This document shows positions 45,472 to 53,718 of a stretch of 64,000 nt of DNA, piece after piece; positions within the stretch are counted from its first letter, which is position 1; each line of letters begins with the position of its first letter. A program made the translations under genes and the position numbers. The DNA lies in assembly GCA_035403545.1 (NCBI GenBank), contig DAONFJ010000011.1:135-64134 (forward strand), given 5' to 3'. A model generated the notes under the pieces. It was not told the origin of the DNA. It was given only the letters and a program-made list of their open reading frames with translations, and searched no databases. The stretch comes from Spirochaetota bacterium (GTDB lineage: Bacteria > Spirochaetota > UBA4802 > UBA5550).

Positions 45472-45787
45472 CGCTGTCATAAACATCAATAATTTCATGG
45501 GCATCCAGTATTTGAATAACTTTTTTTACTGCCATATTGAGATTGGTTACTTTAAGATACCTGTTGCCGGATTCAAGTCTTTTTGTAGAAATAATAAGCA
45601 CACCGAGTCCGGCGCTGTTCATAAACTCTACATTTCCCATATTCAGTATAAAATTGCAGCCGGGGAAATGGTTAATCAGAGTGCTGATATCTCTTTGAAT
45701 TAATGGTGAATTTCCTATATCAAGAGGGGAATCAACATAAACAACTACAACATTTCCTTTCTTTTCATAATTCAGGTTCATAATCAT
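45437..45787 (-). CDS. STAS-domain anti-sigma-factor antagonist (SpoIIAA-like)
   Basis: 116 aa. VEFMNSAGLGVLI carries the conserved phosphorylatable Ser context (xxSAGLG). A typical single-domain STAS protein. Confidence 0.8.
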   Translation of the reverse strand: MIMNLNYEKKGNVVVVYVDSPLDIGNSPLIQRDISTLINHFPGCNFILNMGNVEFMNSAGLGVLIISTKRLESGNRYLKVTNLNMAVKKVIQILDAHEIIDVYDSDEEAIKSLASC

Positions 45788-46170
45788 TTAACTCTAATTT
45801 AGAATACTTCAATTACGGATTTTTGTCCAGAAAAAATTTATAGTGAAAAGAAAAAATGTTAATATAGTGCATTGCAAATAATAATTATTCAAGAAGCAGG
45901 TACATAAAACTGAAATTTATGACAGAATCAGGCTATTAATCATCATTATTGCCCCTGTTCTATCCACCGCCGGGCAACTTTTTCATGAACAAAAAAAGGG
46001 TGATATACGGAATTTTTCCTGTCATTTATGGGGGACTGCAAAAAGGATGTTTCTGGTGAACTGAATTACGGCATCATGTCGCCTGTTCACAGGCGGTCTC
46101 TCTACTCTGCCGATCGCGGACAGGACGTCCAAAAAGCACCGGCTGATGACAGAAGATGCAAAGCAGAATC

Positions 46171-46198
46171 AGAGCAAGGGACTGCAATCCCCTGCTCT
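46171..46198 (-). terminator. Hairpin directly downstream of the acyl-CoA ligase stop (terminator candidate)
   Basis: AGAGCAAGGG / CCCCTGCTCT stem (one A:C mismatch) with loop ACTGCAAT, starting 11 nt past the stop at 46209. The U-tract after it on the minus strand is weak. Confidence 0.4.
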
Positions 46199-46208
46199 TT
46201 CTGTGATT

Positions 46209-48104
46209 CTAATACATTGCATCAATCAGTTCTTTATATTTTTCCTGAACTACTTTTCTTTTAACTTTCATTGTCGGAGTAATTTCCCCGGTTTCCTGAG
46301 AAAACTCCTTTGAAAGAAGCGTAAACTTTTTAATATGCTCCACCTGACCCAGGTCTTTCTGCCTGTCTTCTATGATTGACTTATAGAACTCAATTACATC
46401 TGGATTTTTAATAAGATCTTCGCGTGAACTGAACGCAATTCCATTCTTCTTCGCCCAGTCTTCCAGATTTTCGAAAGACGGGACAACAAGCGCTGAAATA
46501 TACTGTCTTGCATCACCCACAACAGCAATATATTCTATAAAATGATCTTCAGTCATCAAAAGTTCAATCATCTGGGGAGCAATATTTTTCCCGCCGGATG
46601 TAATAATAAGATCCTTGAGCCTGTCGGTAATCATCAGGTAACCATCTTCATCTAACTTGCCGATGTCACCTGTCCTGAACCATCCGTCAGATGTAAATGC
46701 TTCTTTTGTCTTGTCAGGTTTCTTATAGTATTCTTTAAAAATGTTAGGCCCCTTAGCCTGTATCTCGCCCGTGTCCTTATCAATCCTTACTTCAACAAGC
46801 GGCGATACAGGGCCAACTGTTCCGAACTTAAACGCCTCTGAACCGTTCATTGCAATAACAGGAGAAGTCTCGGTAAGGCCGTACCCGGATGTAACAAGGA
46901 GTCCGCAGTAGAAAAAGAATTTCTCGATCTCGGCATTTAGCGGTGCTCCTCCGTAATTAACGTGATCCATATTTTTACCGAACAGAGCGCGGACTTTATG
47001 AAGAACCAGTTTATCCGCCAGTTTTCTCTTTAGAAAGAGCACTAATCCCGGCTGTTTCCCCGCAAGCACCATGTCGCCATGTTCTTTCCCTATGCGCACA
47101 GCCCAATGAAACAGTTTCTGTTTTACAGGCGGCGCATCTTTAATTTTGGTATAAAGAGTGGAATAAATTTTTTCAAAAAGTCTTGGCGCGCTGTTCATGA
47201 TAGAAGTGTTCGCCTCAAGCATATATTCCAGTATCTGGTTATGGTCCTCACAATACCAGATCTGCATACCCATTGAAAAAATTCCGTAATCCCAGGACCG
47301 TTCAAGTACATGACTCAGCGGAAGCATACATAGTGTTGAGTCTTTATCCGAAAATCCTCCCTGACTGTATCTCCCCACACCCCATGAATTCTGCATAAGA
47401 GTTCTGTGAGAGTGGACTGCCCCTTTCGGATCACCTGTTGTACCCGAAGTATATATAATTGTACACATATCTTCATAATGAGCACGGCTCATTATCTCTT
47501 CAATTTTGTCACGCTTACCTGCTTTTCTCCCGATATTCAGAAAATCGTCCCACATCACCACTCTTTTATCATCGTGAATTTTAGTTCCACGGTGAAATAC
47601 GACAATCTTTTCAAGTGTCGGACATTTGTCGAGCAGCGCGTATGATCTGTCATAATGCATCTGCCTTCCGACAAAAAGCACTTTTATCTCTGCGTCATTT
47701 ATTATATATTCAGATTCTTTTTCAGTATTAGTCGCATAAATCGGAACAGGAACACCCCTTATAAGCTGGGCACCAAGGTCGCATAAATGCCACTCTGCCC
47801 TGTTCGGTGCAAAAATTCCTGTTCTGTCGCCCTCATTAAAACCTGAATCGAGCAGAGCGGCCGCAACAGCGTACATCGCCTCTGAAACCTGGTTCCATGT
47901 AAGAGTCTCCCATGTGCCGTACGGTTTATGATGGAGCTGCTCTCTGTCCCCATACTTCTTCGCAAGATTCACAACCATGACTGCTGTCTGTTTCCATTCA
48001 TCAAGATGCTTCTGAAAATCCGCCGCAAGAGTTTCTCTTTCACTGAGATATTTTTCAGTAAAATTTACACGCGGCGGTAATGCTTTTAAAGTATTGTAAG
48101 CCAT
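46209..48104 (-). CDS. Long-chain-fatty-acid--CoA ligase (AMP-forming adenylate enzyme)
   Basis: AMP-binding motif IIYTSGTTGDPKGAV, plus GYGLTETS and TGDIGKLDEDGYL.ITDRLKD. I start at ATG 48104 (MAYNTLK..), preceded by GGAGGAAG, rather than the track start 48137. Confidence 0.85.
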   Translation of the reverse strand: MAYNTLKALPPRVNFTEKYLSERETLAADFQKHLDEWKQTAVMVVNLAKKYGDREQLHHKPYGTWETLTWNQVSEAMYAVAAALLDSGFNEGDRTGIFAPNRAEWHLCDLGAQLIRGVPVPIYATNTEKESEYIINDAEIKVLFVGRQMHYDRSYALLDKCPTLEKIVVFHRGTKIHDDKRVVMWDDFLNIGRKAGKRDKIEEIMSRAHYEDMCTIIYTSGTTGDPKGAVHSHRTLMQNSWGVGRYSQGGFSDKDSTLCMLPLSHVLERSWDYGIFSMGMQIWYCEDHNQILEYMLEANTSIMNSAPRLFEKIYSTLYTKIKDAPPVKQKLFHWAVRIGKEHGDMVLAGKQPGLVLFLKRKLADKLVLHKVRALFGKNMDHVNYGGAPLNAEIEKFFFYCGLLVTSGYGLTETSPVIAMNGSEAFKFGTVGPVSPLVEVRIDKDTGEIQAKGPNIFKEYYKKPDKTKEAFTSDGWFRTGDIGKLDEDGYLMITDRLKDLIITSGGKNIAPQMIELLMTEDHFIEYIAVVGDARQYISALVVPSFENLEDWAKKNGIAFSSREDLIKNPDVIEFYKSIIEDRQKDLGQVEHIKKFTLLSKEFSQETGEITPTMKVKRKVVQEKYKELIDAMY

Positions 48105-48466
48105 ATTCTTCCTCCGGATTATGGTCGCAAAAAACATTTTATTCTGCTTTTTGATCTTAATTTATTATTTTTTATGGTAATTATATAATTTAATGTCAGG
48201 CTCAATTGAAATAATCAAGTCTTTTATGAACAATATTCGCATAAAAGAACAGTAATTTAATATTAGATATATTGATTTTAATTACAATTTAAAGTATTTT
48301 CCAGTAGAACTGCCTCTCTTCAGGGTTCGAATAACTGTACTTTTAGTGATTCTACAGAAATCGGGTGACATGCAAAACAATGTTTTGACAGTGTTCAGAA
48401 TAAATTCAAGTTGACATTATTAAAAAAAAATAAAAATTGTATATGTTGAATTAAGGAGATTAAATC

Positions 48467-48904
48467 ATGGCATTAGTTAAATCAACCGGGGATTTATCAA
48501 CCAACGTAATAGGTGAAAAATCTTATTTCACCGGTAATTTCAGTATAAACGGTTCTCTACGAATAGACGGCCGCTTTGAGGGGAAATCTCTTAAAGCAGA
48601 CCAGCTGTATATAGGAAATGACGGTAAGGTTAAAACAAATATCGAAGCAGTTTCCGTAATAGTTGAAGGGCTTATTATGGGAAACATAAACGCCACAAGC
48701 CGGGTACTTCTCATGCCTACAGCAAAAGTATATGGAGATATCAGAACTCCTGAACTTATAATACAAAACGGAGTACTTCTTGAGGGAAGATGTACAATAG
48801 CAAACGATCTCAGAACTTCTGCAGGTGATGTGATAAAAGCGGAATATGAGAAAAACAAAATCATCCCCGAAGATATTTTTAAAAGCACCGAAAAGAAAAA
48901 TTAA
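48467..48904 (+). CDS. Bactofilin (polymer-forming cytoskeletal protein, DUF583)
   Basis: Repetitive beta-helix pattern: FTGNFSINGSLRIDGRFEGK...LYIGNDGKVKTNIEAVSVIVEGLIMGNINA..RVLLMPTAKVYGDIRTPELIIQNGVLLEGRC. Strong RBS AAGGAG. Confidence 0.85.
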   Translation: MALVKSTGDLSTNVIGEKSYFTGNFSINGSLRIDGRFEGKSLKADQLYIGNDGKVKTNIEAVSVIVEGLIMGNINATSRVLLMPTAKVYGDIRTPELIIQNGVLLEGRCTIANDLRTSAGDVIKAEYEKNKIIPEDIFKSTEKKN

Positions 48905-48912
48905 AATTCAAA

Positions 48913-48944
48913 CGGCTATTAAGGAATAAATCCCTTGATAGCCG
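48913..48944 (-). terminator. Hairpin between convergent genes (terminator, mainly for the minus-strand lipoprotein gene)
   Basis: CGGCTATTAAGG / CCTTGATAGCCG (12 bp including one T:G wobble) with an 8-nt loop. TTTGAATTTT follows on the minus strand. An A-run follows on the plus strand. Confidence 0.5.
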
Positions 48945-48953
48945 GAAAAAACG

Positions 48954-49370
48954 TCATTCCTGCTTCATCATTTTATGCTTAAAATCTTTCACAAGGGATG
49001 AGAGCATCTCTTCTTTACTGTTGCCTCCCCCTTCTATGAACCCGGCTTTTACAATTTTTTCCCCGTCCATTACTTTTACAAGAGCTTTTAATTTTCCTTT
49101 TCCGCTGACTGTTTTCAAGTCATCACCACCGGAAAAACTTATTGTTTCGGAACCGGACGAATAGCTGTAAAGCGTCACCACAATATAAAGAGGACTTGAA
49201 GGATCAGTTTTAACATATCCCAATGCTCTTTTCAGATCGTCCGCCTGTATGCTGATATGCGCGGGAATTTTATACTCTATCCTGTTGAAACTGACCGCAG
49301 GGGAATCGCAGGATAAAAAGAAACATAACAGCACAAGTAATGATGTAAAATTTATTTTCAAATAATTCAT
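48954..49370 (-). CDS. Hypothetical lipoprotein
   Basis: Signal peptide with lipobox FFLSC. 138 aa, no recognised motif. Confidence 0.5.
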   Translation of the reverse strand: MNYLKINFTSLLVLLCFFLSCDSPAVSFNRIEYKIPAHISIQADDLKRALGYVKTDPSSPLYIVVTLYSYSSGSETISFSGGDDLKTVSGKGKLKALVKVMDGEKIVKAGFIEGGGNSKEEMLSSLVKDFKHKMMKQE

Positions 49371-49491
49371 TTCAACCCTTTAAATTTATTATCGCAAGTT
49401 CCTGGTATATCTGCCCGAAACAGGCAGCAAAAGGCATTCCGCCGGGCTATGATACCTGCTGTTTTTAAATAGATACCTCTTTATATCCGAT

Positions 49492-49517
49492 ATTTTTATT
49501 GCAATAATGCAATAAAA
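49492..49517. repeat. Perfect 11-bp inverted repeat (4-nt spacer) in a divergent promoter region
   Basis: TTTTTATTGCA, ATAA, TGCAATAAAAA. Confidence 0.8.
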
Positions 49518-49636
49518 ATTCGATAATAAATCAATGGCGGAAGTAAAATCTTTGTTTTTATATACAGAGAGCCAAACATGGAGTTTATAAAGGGAGTTTA
49601 ACTTTACTCTCCGAAAAATAATATAGGGTGAATCTC

Positions 49637-50083
49637 ATGGGTAATGATGTATTAATGATAAAATCTGTATTTCTATTTTTTTCAGTATGGGGAATCACCG
49701 TTTTACTTTTATGGTTCAGGCCCAGGATCGAACTGTTCTGGAAGCTGATTGCCACTCTCATTTTTATTTTTTATGTATGGTTCTTTTTTGCTGAAGTCAG
49801 TACAAGTTTTGCGGCATTCAAAACAGGATGGTACATCTCAATAGTTGAATTTCTTAAAGAACTGCTGATTATATTCTTTGCCGGCATGTTTATTATATGG
49901 CCTCTCGCTCTAATGATTATTTTTTATAAAGCTAACGATATCGGTGCTGAAAAACTGCTCCGTTTTCTATGCATGCTTACAATTGTTCTATGGATTGTTT
50001 TCATTATTTACTTCTTTTTCAGTTCCGGGATTGAAAAATTCTTTTACGAGAATCTGAAAAAAATGATACCGAAGGCCGGATGA
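49637..50083 (+). CDS. Hypothetical integral membrane protein (4 TM segments)
   Basis: Four hydrophobic segments. The track opens at GTG 49628. ATG 49637 has AGGGTG upstream. Confidence 0.5.
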   Translation: MGNDVLMIKSVFLFFSVWGITVLLLWFRPRIELFWKLIATLIFIFYVWFFFAEVSTSFAAFKTGWYISIVEFLKELLIIFFAGMFIIWPLALMIIFYKANDIGAEKLLRFLCMLTIVLWIVFIIYFFFSSGIEKFFYENLKKMIPKAG

Positions 50084-50087
50084 TTAA

Positions 50088-50582
50088 TTGAAACTGTCTG
50101 CTTGTCTTTTTACCTTTCTATTAATGGTACAATCAGCCGTTTATGCGGAAAACTCAACGTTTTATTACAATAAAGGCGTTGAATCATTCAAAACCGGCGA
50201 TCTGGCAGAGGCCAAAAAAAATTTTAAACAGGCAGTTGAAGTAAATCCCTCGTACACTCTCGGGCATTACGGACTCGGCAGAGTTTACATTATGCAGCAG
50301 GATAAAATTCCGGAGGCAATAAAACACTTCAAACTCTCTGTTTCGCTCGATTCAGGATTTGTCCGGGGCTGGTTTAAGCTGGGCCTGGCAGAATTTATTG
50401 CAGGCAGGTATGTGGAATCACTTCATTCTTTCAAAGAGGCATACGACAGGGACAAAACATGTGTCGAAGCGCTTTACAACATGGGTGTAATATATGATCT
50501 GCTCGGTGATGATTACAAAGCATTTTCATATTACCGCCTTTATTACAGAAAAGTACAGGGCAAAAAAGATGATTTTCTCTAG
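50088..50582 (+). CDS. Secreted TPR-repeat protein
   Basis: Signal peptide (..QSAVYA|EN), then three or four TPR-like units (YNKGVESFKTGDLAEAKKNFKQAVEVNP, GHYGLGRVY.., GWFKLGLAEF.., ALYNMGVIYDLLGDDYKAFSYY). TTG start. Confidence 0.65.
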   Translation: MKLSACLFTFLLMVQSAVYAENSTFYYNKGVESFKTGDLAEAKKNFKQAVEVNPSYTLGHYGLGRVYIMQQDKIPEAIKHFKLSVSLDSGFVRGWFKLGLAEFIAGRYVESLHSFKEAYDRDKTCVEALYNMGVIYDLLGDDYKAFSYYRLYYRKVQGKKDDFL

Positions 50583-50583
50583 C

Positions 50584-50889
50584 CTAAATATTAAACAGGC
50601 TTTCTGCTTTCTTTTTACCGGTTACTCTCTCATAATCATCATAATCCACAAAGACAAGGTCTGGAAGCTTTTTTCTTGTTCTTACAACTATGTCAACTTT
50701 TCCGCCGCGTGCATCCTTTGAAGTCGCATATTTAAAAACTCTTCCGCAGCCGGGGCATTTTTTTAAATCTTTAAGTTCAATTCCAATCTGTTTGCATCCG
50801 GGACAATGGCCGTACTTATCTTCAACCATTATTATATGATTCTTCACTTCCTCAATATCAATCTCTTTCCATACTCTTATATATTCCAT
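50584..50889 (-). CDS. Small zinc-ribbon protein (hypothetical)
   Basis: CPGC..x17..CPGC pair. 101 aa with a basic C-terminal half. Confidence 0.5.
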   Translation of the reverse strand: MEYIRVWKEIDIEEVKNHIIMVEDKYGHCPGCKQIGIELKDLKKCPGCGRVFKYATSKDARGGKVDIVVRTRKKLPDLVFVDYDDYERVTGKKKAESLFNI

Positions 50890-50988
50890 TAGTAAACCTC
50901 CAGACGGTTCTTAATTACTAATTAACTTGCTTTATTAACATTAAACCTGTTTAATCAGAGATTGGTTAAAACCTGAATTTCCAGTACT

Positions 50989-51091
50989 GTCATTCCGGTT
51001 TTGCATCTTCCGAACCTGCAAATACCGGAATCTCCTTATAGAACCAGTTCTATGAGATACCGGCATTCCGTTGCACTACAGCCGGTATGAC
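50989..51091. repeat. 103-bp compound palindromic element with GTCATTCCGG / CCGGTATGAC termini (MITE/REP-like)
   Basis: Three consecutive hairpins: ATTCCGGTTTTGCA / TGCAAATACCGGAAT (14 bp with a 1-nt bulge), ATCTC(CTT)ATAGAA / TTCTATGAGAT, and ATACCGGC / GCCGGTAT. The termini are inverted at 9/10 positions. It lies downstream of dus. Confidence 0.7.
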
Positions 51092-51125
51092 AAAGAGTAA
51101 ACTTTTAATCAGTCCCGATTTAAAA

Positions 51126-52121
51126 TTATTCCAATTTAAAAACCTTCACTCTCTCGCCCGGATTCCTTAAAACATATTCATCAATAATTTCAATCATTAA
51201 ATCTATCTCATCAACATTTCTGATTTTTTTAAATACTTCATGCGAAAAAACAAAATTTTTACAGAAATAGAATGAAAATCTATGCCCCCTGCTCTTATGC
51301 AGATGTTCTGGAAGATCATTGTTTATTCCAAGAAGAACCTCCCTGAAGACTTCAGGGAGATTTACTTCCAGCTTGTATCTTCCATCATTAATTAACTGCC
51401 TGGAAAGTGCAAAAATCCATGGAAAAGCTACGGCATTTCTGCCTATCATAATCCCGTCGCAGGAGGTTTCACTTAAACGTTTCTGCACATCTTCCGGAGT
51501 GGAAATATCCCCATTGCCTACAACCGGTATCTTTATAGTATCTTTCAGCAGCTTGACAAGCCCCCAGTCGGCGGTCCTCCTGAAAGACAGTTTTCCATGC
51601 CTGGGATGAAGCGTAATGTAATCAATTCCCTCCCCCTCCAGCATCATTGCGAAATCAGCAAGATATTTATTGTCACTCTGCTCAAATCCGCTTCTCATTT
51701 TCACAGACAACGTCCCGTTATATGCTTTTCTACATTTTTGTACTATCTCACGGGCTGCCGGCATATCAGAAAGCAGTCTTGACCCCTGAAACTTCTTTAT
51801 AATATCGGGAGCGGAACAGCCCATATTTATATCTATTCCGGAACACTTTTTTTCAGACAGAATCCTGCACGCCTCTGCCATTGTATCAGGGTCTCCCCCA
51901 AGAATCTGAAAGACAAAAGGATCATCATTATCATTTATTATTGTAAGAGGTTCATTATGGAATGAACCGCAGGCTATTGCTGCACCGCTGAGCATTTCGG
52001 AATAAAGCACCGTCTCTGAATCAAATTTCCTGATACATCTTCTGAATGCTGGAGTGGTTATCTCGGCCATGGGAGCCATAAAAAACGTGTTGCCGGTAAA
52101 ATTTATCATAAGCAAAATCAT
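51126..52121 (-). CDS. tRNA-dihydrouridine synthase
   Basis: FFMAPMAEITTPAFRRCIRKF and DINMGCSAPDI (catalytic Cys loop) indicate a Dus-family TIM barrel. 331 aa. Confidence 0.85.
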   Translation of the reverse strand: MILLMINFTGNTFFMAPMAEITTPAFRRCIRKFDSETVLYSEMLSGAAIACGSFHNEPLTIINDNDDPFVFQILGGDPDTMAEACRILSEKKCSGIDINMGCSAPDIIKKFQGSRLLSDMPAAREIVQKCRKAYNGTLSVKMRSGFEQSDNKYLADFAMMLEGEGIDYITLHPRHGKLSFRRTADWGLVKLLKDTIKIPVVGNGDISTPEDVQKRLSETSCDGIMIGRNAVAFPWIFALSRQLINDGRYKLEVNLPEVFREVLLGINNDLPEHLHKSRGHRFSFYFCKNFVFSHEVFKKIRNVDEIDLMIEIIDEYVLRNPGERVKVFKLE

Positions 52122-52351
52122 AATCTGCAGTTGAATGTGTCAAATATTTTAATCATATTTCAATAATGTAAAATATGGCACCCGGGAGATTTTATAATAT
52201 CAAATTGTTTCAAAAATGAACCCATTCCCCATTATATAATTGACATATTCCTATAACAGACACAATAAGGTTAATTCACTGAAAAGTACTGGAATTTTGC
52301 TGATTATGATAGATCCTGATCCTTACCCCGTAGTATGTTTTATGCTGAGAT

Positions 52352-52365
52352 TTTCAGTACTGAAA
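52352..52365. promoter_or_regulatory. Perfect 14-bp palindrome upstream of the liv-type operon (operator candidate)
   Basis: TTTCAGTACTGAAA, about 95 nt upstream of the SBP start. A related half-palindrome, CACTGAAAAGTACTGG, lies at 52277-52292. Confidence 0.4.
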
Positions 52366-52458
52366 TTTTTGATTTTATACATTATATTTAACCTCAGTAT
52401 ATTTCAGGCGTTCGCGCCTAATAATATAACCAACTAATTTTATGAAGGAGCGTTTATT

Positions 52459-53646
52459 ATGAAAAAGTTACTCGCAGTTCTCTTTTCTCTCATGCTTCTT
52501 TCCTTATTTGCATGCGGAAAAGAATCTGACGTAATCAAGTCAGGTGAAACTATCAAAATCGGTTTTCTCGGACCAATGACCGGTGATGCAGGCAACTACG
52601 GCAAGCTTATGAGCCAGTCTGTCAAAATTGCTGTAGAAGAATTCAATGCTGCCGGCGGCGCGGAAGGCTTTAATGCTGAACTCATTGTTGAAGACACAGA
52701 AGGAAAAGTCGAAAAAGGAAACCCTGCCATAGAAAAACTTGCAGGCGTTGACAAAGTATTCGGTATAGTAGGTGCTGTATTCAGTTCAGTATCTCTTGCT
52801 GTTGCTCCAAAAGCGGAAGCTGCAAAAATAGTTATGATTTCCCCGTCCTCAACTCACAAAGATCTTCCCGACAAAGGAAAATTTATATTCAGAGATGTTA
52901 TGAGTGATGCACTTCAGGCAATCGTTTTCGGTAAATATCTCGCCAAAATTGATAATGTAAAAACTGTAGCTATACTTTATGTTAAAAATGATTACAGTCA
53001 GGGTCTTGCAATGGATTTTAAAGCCCAGTATGAGAAAGAGGGCGGAAAAGTTGTTGCTGTTGAAACTGCTCTACAGGGCGACAAAGATTTCAAAACCCAG
53101 CTGACAAAAATAAAAGGCACAAATCCTGAAGCACTTTATATTCCAAACTATGTTGCTGAAATCGCCCAGATCCTTGAGCAGGCAAAACAGCTTGGACTTA
53201 AAACAAAAATTTACAGCGCAGACGGATTCTCGAATCCTCAGATTTTCGAACTTGCCGGCGATCTTTCTAATGGAGTAATTTACACACAGGCGGCAGAGCA
53301 GCCTGCAAGCCAGATAAAAAAAGATTTCGAAGCTAAATACCAGGCAAAATGGGGTGAAAAACCGGACGCATTCAGCCTCAACGCTTATGATGGAGCTAAA
53401 ATAATCCTCAATGCAATCAAAACAACATCCAGCAAAGGTATGAGCGGAGTTCTTAAAGTTGACAGAGACAAAGTAAGAGACTTTGTAGCTAAAACAAAAG
53501 ATTATGACGGCGCTTCCGGAAAAATCACTTTTACAGAGAATGGAGACCTTGTTGTTAATATAGGTATTTATACTGCAGAAAATAAAAAGTTTAAGCAGTT
53601 AAAAATGTTTAAACTCGACGGTGAAAAACTCGTTGAAATAAAATAA
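52459..53646 (+). CDS. ABC transporter substrate-binding lipoprotein, branched-chain amino acid (LivJ/LivK) family
   Basis: Lipobox LSLFAC. IKIGFLGPMTGDAGNYG.. is typical of type I periplasmic binding fold Leu/Ile/Val binders. Confidence 0.85.
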   Translation: MKKLLAVLFSLMLLSLFACGKESDVIKSGETIKIGFLGPMTGDAGNYGKLMSQSVKIAVEEFNAAGGAEGFNAELIVEDTEGKVEKGNPAIEKLAGVDKVFGIVGAVFSSVSLAVAPKAEAAKIVMISPSSTHKDLPDKGKFIFRDVMSDALQAIVFGKYLAKIDNVKTVAILYVKNDYSQGLAMDFKAQYEKEGGKVVAVETALQGDKDFKTQLTKIKGTNPEALYIPNYVAEIAQILEQAKQLGLKTKIYSADGFSNPQIFELAGDLSNGVIYTQAAEQPASQIKKDFEAKYQAKWGEKPDAFSLNAYDGAKIILNAIKTTSSKGMSGVLKVDRDKVRDFVAKTKDYDGASGKITFTENGDLVVNIGIYTAENKKFKQLKMFKLDGEKLVEIK

Positions 53647-53654
53647 TCATATTT

Positions 53655-53690
53655 AAAAACTGGACCGCGGATTTCCGCGGTTTAGTTTTT
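53655..53690 (+). terminator. Rho-independent terminator or attenuator after the SBP gene
   Basis: ACCGCGG, ATTT, CCGCGGT (53664-53681), followed by TTAGTTTTT. Confidence 0.65.
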
Positions 53691-53718
53691 ATGCATAGAT
53701 CTAAAGGAAGTAAAACGG

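Noticed and set aside
45788-46208. Cobalamin riboswitch (given the downstream B12-rSAM gene) or SRP/4.5S RNA
   Set aside because: Neither strand has a B12 box (GCCACTG-type). A loose resemblance of GGACAGGACGUCC..AAGCACC..GAUGAC to SRP domain IV fails because the GNRA tetraloop and the AGCAGC motif are missing.
46028-46264. 78-aa + strand ORF in the GC-rich spacer
   Set aside because: It runs into the 3' end of the convergent acyl-CoA ligase gene, has no RBS and has an odd composition. I treat the region as a possible structured RNA or leader instead.
48318-48335. GGGTTCGAATAAC resembling a tRNA T-loop
   Set aside because: The flanks cannot form a T-stem, and no acceptor or anticodon arms are present. 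I found no tRNA anywhere in the window.
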